A stretch of DNA of 64,000 nucleotides from an uncultured Chloroflexia bacterium (GCA_963753985.1 CAVWED010000008.1:82545-146544); one strand, 5' to 3'; positions 25,956-35,608 are shown, counted from the stretch's first letter. Notes: generated by a model not told the origin, from the sequence alone. Program-made: numbers and translations.

Positions 25956-27002
25956 ATGCAAACCGATTATGAAAATGAAGAAGACAGGCAACGGGCGGGC
26001 ATGCTATCATCACTCATTTGGGCGTCATGGGGCGCGTACTTGTACGTTATCATCATCGGTATATATTATGACAATCGGGTTTTAATTGCAGTAATGCTGG
26101 CTTGCAGTATTTTGCAAGGCATTCCATTTTGGTTGCTCCGACGCGGGTATTGGATCACCAGCAGTCTTGTCACCATCGTGAGTGTGCTTGGCACCGTAAC
26201 CCTTTTGGCAACAATGGGAGAAGGTATTCGTGATATCTCTGTTTTCATATTTCCCATTATCCTTATTTTTGCAGGTTTGACTTTGAACCGAATAATCTTT
26301 GGAATATGTGTTGCGCTGACGCTGACGGCGACCGGTTGGCTGATCTTTGGCGCAGCTAACGGCTGGTTCGTACCGGTTCTTTATGGAACGCCATGGATGG
26401 ATTTTCTAAGTGTGGCGGTCGTCTGGCTTGTTTCAGCATTCGCAATTGATTTGATGGCGATGAGCATGCGGAAGAATTTGAAATTGGCACGCCAGGAAAT
26501 AATGCAGCGCAAACAGGCGGAAGAACAACTTCGCTACCAAAGCATGCATGATACTCTCACCGGTATTTATAATCGCGGCTTTTTTGAAGAAGAACTGGCG
26601 CGGCTTGAGCATAGCCGCGAGTTTCCTGTCAGCATCATTATGGCTGATGTAGATCAATTAAAAGTTGTGAACGATACACGGGGACACGCCAAGGGCGACG
26701 AGCTCTTGCAGTATGCCGCGAATATTCTGCGCGCGGTATTTCGAGAAAGCGATGTGCTAGCGCGGATCGGCGGCGACGAATTTGCCATATTATTGCCAAA
26801 CACCAACGCGACCACAGGGGAACAAATATTGGTGCGAGTCAAAGAGCAGCAAACGAAACATAATATCGAACATCCCGATTTTGTTGTTCAATTATCGCTG
26901 GGCACTGCAACGGCAGAGAAAAACAATCTGACCGAGGCGTGCACACTTGCCGATCAGCGAATGTACGCGGATAAAACCGCTCACAAATCAAATGGAAATT
27001 AG
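25956..27002 (+). CDS. membrane-bound diguanylate cyclase (GGDEF)
   Basis: About five N-terminal TM helices, coiled linker, GGDEF domain (DTLTGIYNRGFF...RIGGDEFAILL). Confidence 0.9.
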   Translation: MQTDYENEEDRQRAGMLSSLIWASWGAYLYVIIIGIYYDNRVLIAVMLACSILQGIPFWLLRRGYWITSSLVTIVSVLGTVTLLATMGEGIRDISVFIFPIILIFAGLTLNRIIFGICVALTLTATGWLIFGAANGWFVPVLYGTPWMDFLSVAVVWLVSAFAIDLMAMSMRKNLKLARQEIMQRKQAEEQLRYQSMHDTLTGIYNRGFFEEELARLEHSREFPVSIIMADVDQLKVVNDTRGHAKGDELLQYAANILRAVFRESDVLARIGGDEFAILLPNTNATTGEQILVRVKEQQTKHNIEHPDFVVQLSLGTATAEKNNLTEACTLADQRMYADKTAHKSNGN

Positions 27003-27162
27003 TCCTTTTGTGAATTGGATGCAAAGCTGAGGAAGAAAGTCCTGCAAGACTGCGTCATCCAAGTCATTGTGGGACGGGACAAAAAGACAGCAACCCATCG
27101 ATGAGCTACTGTCCATGTTGAAAAGTATCAGGCGTGGAAGGTTGCGAGCCTTCGTCAAAATC

Positions 27163-28026
27163 CTATTTTTTGAATAAACTCCTGACCTGATTCAAAGCGC
27201 CCACAATACAACCGGGAGACGGGTTCGGCGTTGGAGCAGGAGCCGGAGGCTGGGGAGTTGGCGTCGTTTGTAAAACCTTGCCCGTAAGCGCCTGATAATC
27301 CGCGGCCAACTGAGCTAAGTTAACCCCCTGTTCAAATTCGGTGGTGCCCAACTGTTCGGGCCAGATAACCGCCCAGGCCTCTTCCACCTGTTTGCTCCAG
27401 AAATTATCAGTAAAGCCTGTCTCTTGAGCCCAAGTAACGAAACGCACATCATCTGCAGGATTCGTCGAATAACCGCCGCTGATGACGCTATGGCCGCCGT
27501 TGACTGGGGATCCGCTGACATAAGCCCATGGCTGGCCGCTGGCGAACTGATCCACATTGGCTTGCTGCACATTGATACCGAGCCACACACAACCAAAGAT
27601 GGCCAACGCCGCCTTGACTTCATCCAGGTTGGTAAAATCCACCTTTGCAAAGGCAACAACTTTGGTGCCATCCGGGCCGCCGGTGTTATGCAGGTATTCA
27701 AGGCACGTTTGAATGTCCATCCCCTGATCCTGCGTGGGAAAATTTGGATTCTGAGTCTTGTATAACGCGATGACTTGATTCATCGTTGGATAATATTCGG
27801 TTGTCAGTGTGGCAGTCACCAACCGCCGCATGTTCGCCCACGTCACCGCGACACAATCCCCATATTGATCGTTGCCCAGCATCTGCCAATTTTTCAACCG
27901 GCTAAGATAATCTTCCGAGGCCGGGTGCGCCGGAACAACTCCAGTTAAGAAACTGGCAAGTTCAAGGGCTGGAGCGCTCTTGGGCGGATTGCGACCAAAC
28001 TTTCCTTGCAACTGTCTATTTAACAT
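27163..28026 (-). CDS. putative papain-like cysteine peptidase carrying a PT linker and the shared GC...FKK C-terminal tail
   Basis: LGNDQYGDCVAVTWANM (candidate Cys) and NGGHSVISGGY (candidate His). Ends TPTPQPPAPAPTPNPSPGCIVGALNQVRSLFKK*. Confidence 0.6.
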   Translation of the reverse strand: MLNRQLQGKFGRNPPKSAPALELASFLTGVVPAHPASEDYLSRLKNWQMLGNDQYGDCVAVTWANMRRLVTATLTTEYYPTMNQVIALYKTQNPNFPTQDQGMDIQTCLEYLHNTGGPDGTKVVAFAKVDFTNLDEVKAALAIFGCVWLGINVQQANVDQFASGQPWAYVSGSPVNGGHSVISGGYSTNPADDVRFVTWAQETGFTDNFWSKQVEEAWAVIWPEQLGTTEFEQGVNLAQLAADYQALTGKVLQTTPTPQPPAPAPTPNPSPGCIVGALNQVRSLFKK

Positions 28027-28407
28027 GGGTCCTTCTCCAGTGCACAATTCGTAAATGTGAAATGCTTTTCTGATACAAGTTAATTATTGAACTTCATTAT
28101 GCCACTGATTATAAAAAAATACCATTGGTCATATAAACTTGAACATGGTTTTCTCAAGAACCGATTTTCAGGCCAAAGAATCCATCCGAAGTTCCTAGAT
28201 TTTGCGGCTTCAAGAGTAATTTATGCTATGGCAACATAAAGATGGTAATCCGTCAAGCTTTCTTGAGAAAACCATCTAAACTTGAAGGGGTGACTTAAGT
28301 TTTCATATGGATGAAACAGGACTTATCGAGAGCGGCTCATCAATGAGTTGTTGTCTATTTTGGAAAAGATCAAAAAGGGCAAGCTGTTTGCGAGCCTTTG
28401 TTAAATC

Positions 28408-29122
28408 CTATTTCTTAAATATACCCATGATTTGATTTATCGTACCTGAAAGACAGCCGGGTGAAGGGTTCGGCGTCGGAGTTGGTGTAGGCTGTGGAGT
28501 GGGAGTTGGCAGTGGTGTGGCTTGCCCGATCTTATTGCCGAGATACTTCGTGTTAATCCATAGACTACCGTCAAAACCTTTTGAAGTGTTAAATCCACCG
28601 CTAAAGTAAGGAACAAAGAATAATTGGCCGTTAGCTGATAAACGATTCCCCACCCGCCAGAGTGTAAGCTGCGCCTCCATAGCCGTTCTGATATAGAAAG
28701 TCCACTGTCAAAGCACTGTAATCATCCATCATCGGGATTCCGGCCAACTTGGCATATTCCCCTAAATAATCATCAACCGCAAAATGGTTACGCGGGTACA
28801 TGGCTGGACTGCCACTTGCCATCACTGCAATCGGCCATTTGACATGATAAGCCGAGTTGGGGCTTGATTGAACAATACCATACAGCGTGACACCTATCGT
28901 ATTACGTATCGAGGCCCATGACCACAACGCGCTATTGTCCACAGGCTGGCCGCCAATTTCACCATTTAGAGACAACAAGAATTTGACTGTCGGCTCATCT
29001 GGCGTTCCCAAATCCACCCAGGTTGTAGTCCCACCATTGAGCAAAGGAAACGAATTCGAATGTTCCTGGGACAGAAACGCCGGCTTCGGTCCAGGATAAG
29101 GCTTCGTAAAGATCAGGGATCA
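28408..29122 (-). pseudogene. tail-bearing paralogue copy 1 (two frameshifts)
   Basis: Collinear with copy 2. A 1-nt insertion near 29050 and an extra G near 28655 break the frame. Ends PTPNPSPGCLSGTINQIMGIFKK*. Confidence 0.7.
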
Positions 29123-29357
29123 TGGTTTCACCTCTTGATTATCATATTTTGCGGAACGGTAAGAGGAACTGAAATTGGAGCTACGTACGCACCGTTTGTT
29201 CTAGCCGATAAGCTGCTGTCTTTTTTAGAAAAGCATTAGGCAGGCCAAGTTACTTATGAACCTTCAATTAAATTCTATTTCCTAAATAGACTCATGATCT
29301 GGTTCATTGCACCTGAAATACAACCGGATGAAGAGTTCGGAGTTGGTGTGGGTTGTT

Positions 29358-29429
29358 GGGGTTGGGGTTGGGGTTGGGGTTGGGGTTGGGGTTGGGGTTG
29401 GGGTTGGGGTTGGGGTTGGGGTTGGGGTT
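29358..29429. repeat. (GGGGTT)x12 hexanucleotide microsatellite inside the linker-coding region
   Basis: Counted directly: 12 perfect units. Encodes (PT)n, (PQ)n or (PN)n depending on frame. Confidence 0.95.
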
Positions 29430-29483
29430 GGCACCGGCATTGGAGTTGGCACCGGCGTTGGAGTTGGCACCGGCGTTGGAGTT
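29430..29483. repeat. 18-nt tandem repeat x3 (GGCACCGGCRTTGGAGTT)
   Basis: Three consecutive units at 29430, 29448 and 29466. Absent from copy 1. Confidence 0.9.
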
Positions 29484-30381
29484 GGTGTAGGCTGTGGAGT
29501 GGGAGTTGGCAGTGGTGTGGCTTGCCCGATCTTATTGCCGAGATACTTCTTGCTAATCCATAGACTACCGTCAAAACCTTTTGAAGTGTTAAATCCACCG
29601 CTAAAGTAAGGAACAAAGAATAATTGGCCGTTAGCTGATAAACGATTCCCATCCGCCAGAGTGTAAACCGCGCCTCCATAGCCGTTCTGATATAGAAAGT
29701 CCACTGTCAAAGCACTGTAATCATCCATCATCGGGATTCCGGCCAACTTGGCATAATCCTCTGAATAATCATCTACCGCAATATAGTTACGCGGGTACAT
29801 GGCTGGACTGCCACTTGCTATCGCTGCAATCGGCCATTTGACATGATAAGCCGAGTTGGGGCTTGATTGAACAATACCATACAGCGTGACACCTATCGTA
29901 TTACGTATCGAGGCCCATGACCACAACGCGCTATTGTCCACAGGTTGACCGCCAATTTCACCATTTAGAGACAACAAGAATTTGACTGTCGGCTCATCTG
30001 GCGTTCCCAAATCCACCCAGGTTGTAGTCCCACCATTGAGAAACGGAAACACATCAAATGTTCCAGAGACAGAAACGCCGGCTTCGGTCCAGGATAAGGC
30101 TTCGTAAAGATCAGGGATCATGGTTTCACCTCTTGATTATCATATTTTGCGGAACGGTAAGAGGAACTGAAATTGGAGCTATGTACGCACGCTTGTTCCA
30201 TTTGGCACACTCGAATTATACGATATATTTCTGAATGCAGGCGACATCCGTTGCGTTTACTTGAACACTGCCCAAATATGAAGCCAGTAGGCTCCACGAA
30301 TTGGCCAAATTTCCGAGCATAGAAATCTTCCTCAAATCTTGACGTCACAGAATGCGTGTTCTATAATGGCGCAGTACTTAT

Positions 30382-32013
30382 TTACCGTCGTACTACGGGC
30401 ACAACAGGTGCTTGAGGTTGATGAGCAAAGGCTAATGCAAGCGGTGGCGGTGCAGTGCCCACTCGCTGCGAAGTGACTGCTCCTTTCAGTCGAAGCTGGA
30501 CAAGATAATCCAAGATCGGAATGGAATGTTGATGGCAGGTTACCAACACACTCGACAAGATCGCATGGGTCTCCGCTCCCGGCTTAGTGCGGTTACATCC
30601 ATTGGTTTTCCGAGTAATCACCGCCGGTCGGATCATGGTTCTGCGGTACGAAACCACCTTGCGTTCCACTTGGTTGTTGGTGGCATCCGAGCCGTCCATG
30701 TACAGGAAGCGCAACAGGTGAGGACGGTGCTTCCTCAAACGCTTGGCAAAGCGGGCATTGTCAGGATCGGTAAAGTGACGTCGATCGGCAATCAAAGCAT
30801 CAAGGCGAGTTTCCAAACTTCGGGCTCGATTGGCAAAGGTGAAAGGATCCAAGTGTGGTTTCTCGGCCTTCAAGTGCAAGGCGTCTTGCAACAAGGCGGT
30901 CATCTGCCGCGCAAACTCCAGCGCTCGACCTGTTTTGCTCTCACGCATGTCTTTCAAGTCTGTCAGCAAATGACCGATACATTTCTGTTTCAGCCAGTCT
31001 TTCAAACGCCGATCGTCATAAGCCAGGAAACCATCACTAGCCAAGATCCCTTTGAACTTCTCACCCAGAATATCGATCACGACGTCGCTCGAGCGGTTGG
31101 CGCGAATATCGTAAACCGTAATCTCGTGATCGGTAAAGACCCAACGCCCTGCGCCCTTCCAGGGGAGCCAGGCCGACAGCGTTCCAATTCTCTAACCCGT
31201 TTCATCTGCGTGCACCACACTGCATTGGCGAATCAACTCAATCAATCGTTCATATATCGGTCGGGCTGTGCGGGCCAGTTTTTGATCTGCGCGACACCAA
31301 CCACTACGACAAACCTGCAAGCCGAAACTATCGTTCAAGACTTCACTCACTGCCTGCACTGTGCTCTTCAGTGTGCCGTACGAGACACCCAAGCGATGCT
31401 TCAGATCAGTGGCCAAAGCCTTGGCGCGCGGGCCGACCACCACCGCTCCTGCAGTTCCGGTCGCCTCCGAGATCTGATCCGGATGCCACGATCGCACTCG
31501 TTTCTGGCAATGGCTGCAGTAGCCGCTGTAGGTCAGAAAACGCGTGACCACCGGCTGCACTTTTGGAAGATCGATCTCAAATTGCTCATGGCGATGCCTC
31601 TGGCGCAATTTGCCGCCGCAGTCCGGGCAACATGGCAATTCGGCTACCTTCGTCTCGCTCACTTCCTTCAGTCTCGGTTTGGCTCGCTATACAAAACGGC
31701 CTTTCCCAGCTTTGCGCCCCGGCCGCTTGGGAAAGTGGTTGGTACTTTGACCATGCTCTACCCAGTGCCCTCGAGCAAACGGTGCCGCTTGCCGCTTCCC
31801 GGCCCGCTTCAATTCTTCCACCTCAGATTGCAAAAGTTCCACCTGCTTTTGCAGTCTCTCGTTCTGTTTTCGCAACTGCTCATTCTCCCCTTGCAGCCTC
31901 TCATTGCTCGCCAACACCTGCCCCAGTTGTTGTTCCAGTTTTGTGATCCGTTGTTCGTTGGCATCCGACAACGTTTGTTTATTACTTCTTTGAACCATGC
32001 GACCAGTGTACAA
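30382..32013 (-). pseudogene. IS66-family transposase interrupted by two in-frame TAG codons
   Basis: Leucine-zipper N-terminus, zinc-finger CPDCGG...CSHCQ, HADETG*R, DDE region ...NNQVERK...RKTNGCNRTKPGAE. TAG at 31687-31689 and 31192-31194, all pieces in one frame. Confidence 0.8.
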
Positions 32014-32117
32014 TTCTCAGCCTATGTTTGACAAGGGTCGTTTCACCTCTTGTTTCGAGAATTTCGACCCTTTACAAAATCGTCTTCCACGACGGTAAAC
32101 ATGTACATGGCGCAACT

Positions 32118-32618
32118 ATGAATACAGAGCCCAAAATCGAACGACGCAAGAAGCAACATTACGTTGCCATCCGAACAACCGTGCCGATCCCATTTGGAAA
32201 ATATCTGCAGCCCGCGTGGAATGAAGTATACGAGTGGATGGTGCACAACGAAATCATGTCTTCTGGTCCTGCCATCATTCGTTATTTCACCACGGATATG
32301 TCCAAGAAGTTGGATATTGATATAGGCTTTACGGTAGATAAAGCCGTTAAAGGCAACGATCGCGTCATCGCCGACTTTCTTCCTGCCGGCCGTTACGTCA
32401 CTCTTCTCTACACTGGACCATACAAAGGGAAAGGCATCTTCAAATCAACTGTTGCCCTAGTAGATTGGGCGAAGGAAAACAAAATCAAATGGAACACATC
32501 CAAGAAAAAAGGCGTTGAATGGTGGAACGGACGTGCTGAGTTCTATTTCTCAGACCCTGCAACTGAAAAGGATCCGACAAAATTCAAGACTGAGCTTGCA
32601 TTTCTAGTTGCAAATTAA
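32118..32618 (+). CDS. GyrI-like small-molecule-binding domain protein
   Basis: MNTEPKIERRKKQHYVAIRTTVP...GPAIIRYF...GRYVTLLYTGPYKG... Confidence 0.6.
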   Translation: MNTEPKIERRKKQHYVAIRTTVPIPFGKYLQPAWNEVYEWMVHNEIMSSGPAIIRYFTTDMSKKLDIDIGFTVDKAVKGNDRVIADFLPAGRYVTLLYTGPYKGKGIFKSTVALVDWAKENKIKWNTSKKKGVEWWNGRAEFYFSDPATEKDPTKFKTELAFLVAN

Positions 32619-32682
32619 AAGTAAATGTCGAAATGGATGCGCTTCGCCAAAACACAAAAACTTTAGAGCGAAAAGGAGCAAA

Positions 32683-33243
32683 ATGAGAAAAATAATTTTC
32701 TTTATGTTGACATCACTCGATGGCTATTTCGAAGGGCCAGGCAAGGATATTTATTGGCACAATGTGGATGATGAGTTCAATGAATTTGCCGTTGAGCAAC
32801 TCAACTCTATGAACACTTTATTGTTTGGCAAGGTCACTTACGAAATGATGGCAAGTTATTGGCCCATGCCTGCTACCAAAACAAATGATCCGGTTGTGGC
32901 TGAAAAGATGAATACAACTTCCAAGCTTGTATTTTCAAGAACGCTTGAAAAGGTAGAATGGCAAAATACAAGGTTGATCAAAGATAATTTTGTGGAAGAA
33001 ATCCAAAAGCTAAAAAAGCAATCCGGCAAGGATATGATCATTCTAGGAAGTTCCGATTTAGCTGTCACCTTCATTAAACATGGTTTGATTGACGAGTTCC
33101 GAGTTATGGTCAATCCGCTTGTGCTAGGGGATGGAAAATCCTTATTCAGGGGCATGAAAGGGAAACTTGATTTGAAACTTATTAAAACGCGAACATTCAA
33201 AAATGGAAATGTTTTGCTTTATTATGAACCAAAGGTGCAATGA
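32683..33243 (+). CDS. dihydrofolate reductase-like (RibD C-terminal domain) protein, paralogue 1
   Basis: MRKIIFFMLTSLDGYFEGP...LLFGKVTYEMMASYWP...MIILGSSDL...FRVMVNPLVLGDGKSLF. RBS AAAGGAG. Confidence 0.8.
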   Translation: MRKIIFFMLTSLDGYFEGPGKDIYWHNVDDEFNEFAVEQLNSMNTLLFGKVTYEMMASYWPMPATKTNDPVVAEKMNTTSKLVFSRTLEKVEWQNTRLIKDNFVEEIQKLKKQSGKDMIILGSSDLAVTFIKHGLIDEFRVMVNPLVLGDGKSLFRGMKGKLDLKLIKTRTFKNGNVLLYYEPKVQ

Positions 33244-33263
33244 AGTAAGTAAAGCAGAGAATC

Positions 33264-34003
33264 ATGGCAAAGAGAAAAGTTAGCGCAAAAGCAACCAGCA
33301 AGATAGTGAAGGGCAACTATGCTTCGGTAATGGAATCAATCTTTATTACGAGATCCATGGCAAAGGTGAACTGCTCATCCTGCTTCATGGCGGCGCGGGG
33401 CGAGCGAAATGTTTGAGGCGGATTTGCCCACCTTTGCAAAAAGCCGAGAAGTGATCGCCGTTCATTTACAAGCCCACGGGCGGACAGCCGACATCGAGCG
33501 GCCACTCAGCTTCGAGTTAATGGCGGACGATATCGCGGCGCTGATGCGGCATCTCGGTCTGGAACGAACCGACCTCTTGGGCTATTCGCTTGGTGGCGAA
33601 GTGGCGCTGCAAACCACTATCCGGCATCCAGAGTTGATCCACAAACTTGTGCTCGTTTCCGCTGCGTTCAAGCACGATGGGTTTTATCCCGAGGTGTTGG
33701 AAAGCTTTGCGCATATGGGACCTGATGCGGCAAGACTTTGATTGGTCGAAAGATATGGCTGAAATCAAATCGCCAGTGATGCTCATCTTCGCAGATGCGG
33801 ATACTTATCGTACATCGCACATCATGGAATTCTTTGCGTTGCTGGGCGGTGGCCAGCGCGACGCCGGTTTGGATGGCTCGGGAAGACCAAAAACACGGCT
33901 CGCAATTCTGCCGAACGCGACACACTATGATATTATTTCATCGCCAACATTAGCAGCCATCGTTACTGAATTTCTTGATGCTCCTATGCAACACGAGAAT
34001 TGA
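33264..34003 (+). pseudogene. alpha/beta hydrolase, multiply frameshifted
   Basis: NGINLYYEIHGKGELLILLHGGAG / EMFEADLP...GYSLGGEVALQ...LVLVSA / KSPVMLIFADAD...ATHYDI lie in three or four different frames. Confidence 0.75.
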
Positions 34004-34112
34004 TGTAGAAAATACGCTATTCGTTTTTATTGGTGTCGAGTAACTTCTACCAGCCCAATGGAATATAATATAAATCGTTGATGGAGTTCTTAACTTTAGA
34101 AAGGAAGAGAAT

Positions 34113-35225
34113 ATGAACGGAGTACGAGTATTGGTCGGCACTCATAAGGGTGCATTTATTTTGACATCGGATTCGAAGCGCGAGAAGTGGGACATCAGCG
34201 GGCCGCATTTTGCAGGCTGGGAGATCTATCACATGAACGGATCGCCCGCTGACCCAAATCGACTATATGCATCGCAATCCACCGGCTGGTTTGGGCAGAT
34301 AATTCAACGCTCGGATGATGGAGGAAAAACATGGCAACCGGTCGGTAATAAGTTTGTGTACGATGGCGTGCCCGGCACACATCTTTGGTACGATGGCACA
34401 CAACATCCCTGGGAATTCAAGCGCGTTTGGCAACTTCAACCATCGCTCACCGACCCTGACACAGTCTATGCCGGAGTCGAAGACGCCGCGATGTTCCGCT
34501 CCACTGATGGCGGACAGACTTGGAATGAACTTCCCAGACTGCGGGAGGCGAAGGGAAATCTCTGGCAACCTGGAGCTGGTGGGATGTGCCTGCATACGAT
34601 TATTCTCGACCCAAGCAACCCTCAACGGATTTTCATAGCCATCTCGGCCGCAGGTGCGTTCCGCACTGATGACGGTGGCAAAACATGGCGACCCATCAAC
34701 CAAGGACTCAACTCGGGCGAACTTCCAGACGGGAGCGCCGAGGTAGGTCATTGCGTTCATAATATTGCGATGCATCCGTCGCGTCCCAATGTTTTGTTTA
34801 TGCAAAAACATTGGGATGTGATGCGAAGTGATGACACCGGCAATTCATGGCATGAGGTCAGCGGAAACCTGCCAAGTGATTTCGGATTTCCTATTGCCGT
34901 ACACACACACGAACCAAACACCATCTATGTTGTGCCGATCAAGAGTGATTCGGAACACTATCCGCCGGACGGAAAGCTGCGCGTGTATCGCAGTCGCACA
35001 GGTGGCGACGAGTGGGATGCACTTACGAAGGGATTACCGCAAAGCGATTGCTATGTCAATATCCTGCGCAGTGCACTGGCCGTTGACACATACGATTCGT
35101 GCGGGATTTACTTCGGCACCACGGGTGGACAGGTGTATGCCTCAGCCGATTCAGGCGATAGCTGGAAGACCATCGTTCGCGATCTTCCCGCAGTGTTATC
35201 CGTTGAAGTTCAGACATTGTTATGA
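34113..35225 (+). CDS. BNR/Asp-box repeat beta-propeller protein (sialidase-like fold)
   Basis: Repeated S-x-D-x-G-x-T-W motifs ([40 protein letters not shown]). Confidence 0.8.
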   Translation: MNGVRVLVGTHKGAFILTSDSKREKWDISGPHFAGWEIYHMNGSPADPNRLYASQSTGWFGQIIQRSDDGGKTWQPVGNKFVYDGVPGTHLWYDGTQHPWEFKRVWQLQPSLTDPDTVYAGVEDAAMFRSTDGGQTWNELPRLREAKGNLWQPGAGGMCLHTIILDPSNPQRIFIAISAAGAFRTDDGGKTWRPINQGLNSGELPDGSAEVGHCVHNIAMHPSRPNVLFMQKHWDVMRSDDTGNSWHEVSGNLPSDFGFPIAVHTHEPNTIYVVPIKSDSEHYPPDGKLRVYRSRTGGDEWDALTKGLPQSDCYVNILRSALAVDTYDSCGIYFGTTGGQVYASADSGDSWKTIVRDLPAVLSVEVQTLL

Positions 35226-35518
35226 TACGCGTCGTGTTGCCGCAACATCTGCGGACGCTGGCGCAGGTTGGCAAAGAAGTTGAACTTCAAATTGAGGGGC
35301 CGATGACGCTTGGCTCGGTTTTAGACGCGCTGGAGATTCAGTATCCGATATTGCGCGGAACGATCCGCGACCACATCACGAAACAGCGCCGGCCCTTCAT
35401 TCGATTCTTTGCCTGCGGAGAAGATTGGTCTCTCGAATCCCCAGATTTTCCACTACCCGACGCGGTTCTTATAGGAAGAGAACCGTTTCGGATCGTGGGA
35501 GCGATGGCTGGTGGATAA
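35222..35518 (+). CDS. MoaD/ThiS-family ubiquitin-like beta-grasp protein ending in Gly-Gly
   Basis: 98 aa, C-terminus ...[14 protein letters not shown] overlap with the BNR gene. Confidence 0.7.
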   Translation: MIRVVLPQHLRTLAQVGKEVELQIEGPMTLGSVLDALEIQYPILRGTIRDHITKQRRPFIRFFACGEDWSLESPDFPLPDAVLIGREPFRIVGAMAGG

Positions 35519-35608
35519 ATAACATCTTATTGTTGAGCATGACCGCTTCAGATAGAATTGCATTTACGATGGTGCATAAGATTCGCAATCAGCGAAAAGA
35601 GAAATGAC

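Larger units (their letters stand above)
29275..30121 (-). pseudogene. tail-bearing paralogue copy 2 (frame break in or next to the PT-repeat tract)
   Basis: N-terminal domain [22 protein letters not shown]...[15 protein letters not shown] in one frame. The conserved tail [25 protein letters not shown] sits in the +1 frame after the repeat tract. Confidence 0.65.

Noticed and set aside
29358-29429. TTGGGG-type repeat as a telomere or CRISPR-like array
   Set aside because: It is a perfect microsatellite with no spacers, embedded in a coding linker of a bacterial gene. It has no CRISPR repeat-spacer architecture and is not at a replicon end.
29294-29679. ORFs reading WGWGWG, GVGVGV or QPQPQP through the repeat tract
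   Set aside because: These are alternative-frame readings of the (GGGGTT)n and 18-nt repeats. Only the PT frame joins the conserved N-terminal domain, and only the last about 25 codons of 29275-29679 (the tail) are meaningful.
30526-32031. 501-aa plus-strand ORF, the longest ORF in this region
   Set aside because: It lies entirely antisense to the IS66 transposase, whose motifs (zinc finger, DETG, DDE region) are clear on the minus strand. The plus-strand translation is low-complexity with no motif, so it is a shadow ORF.
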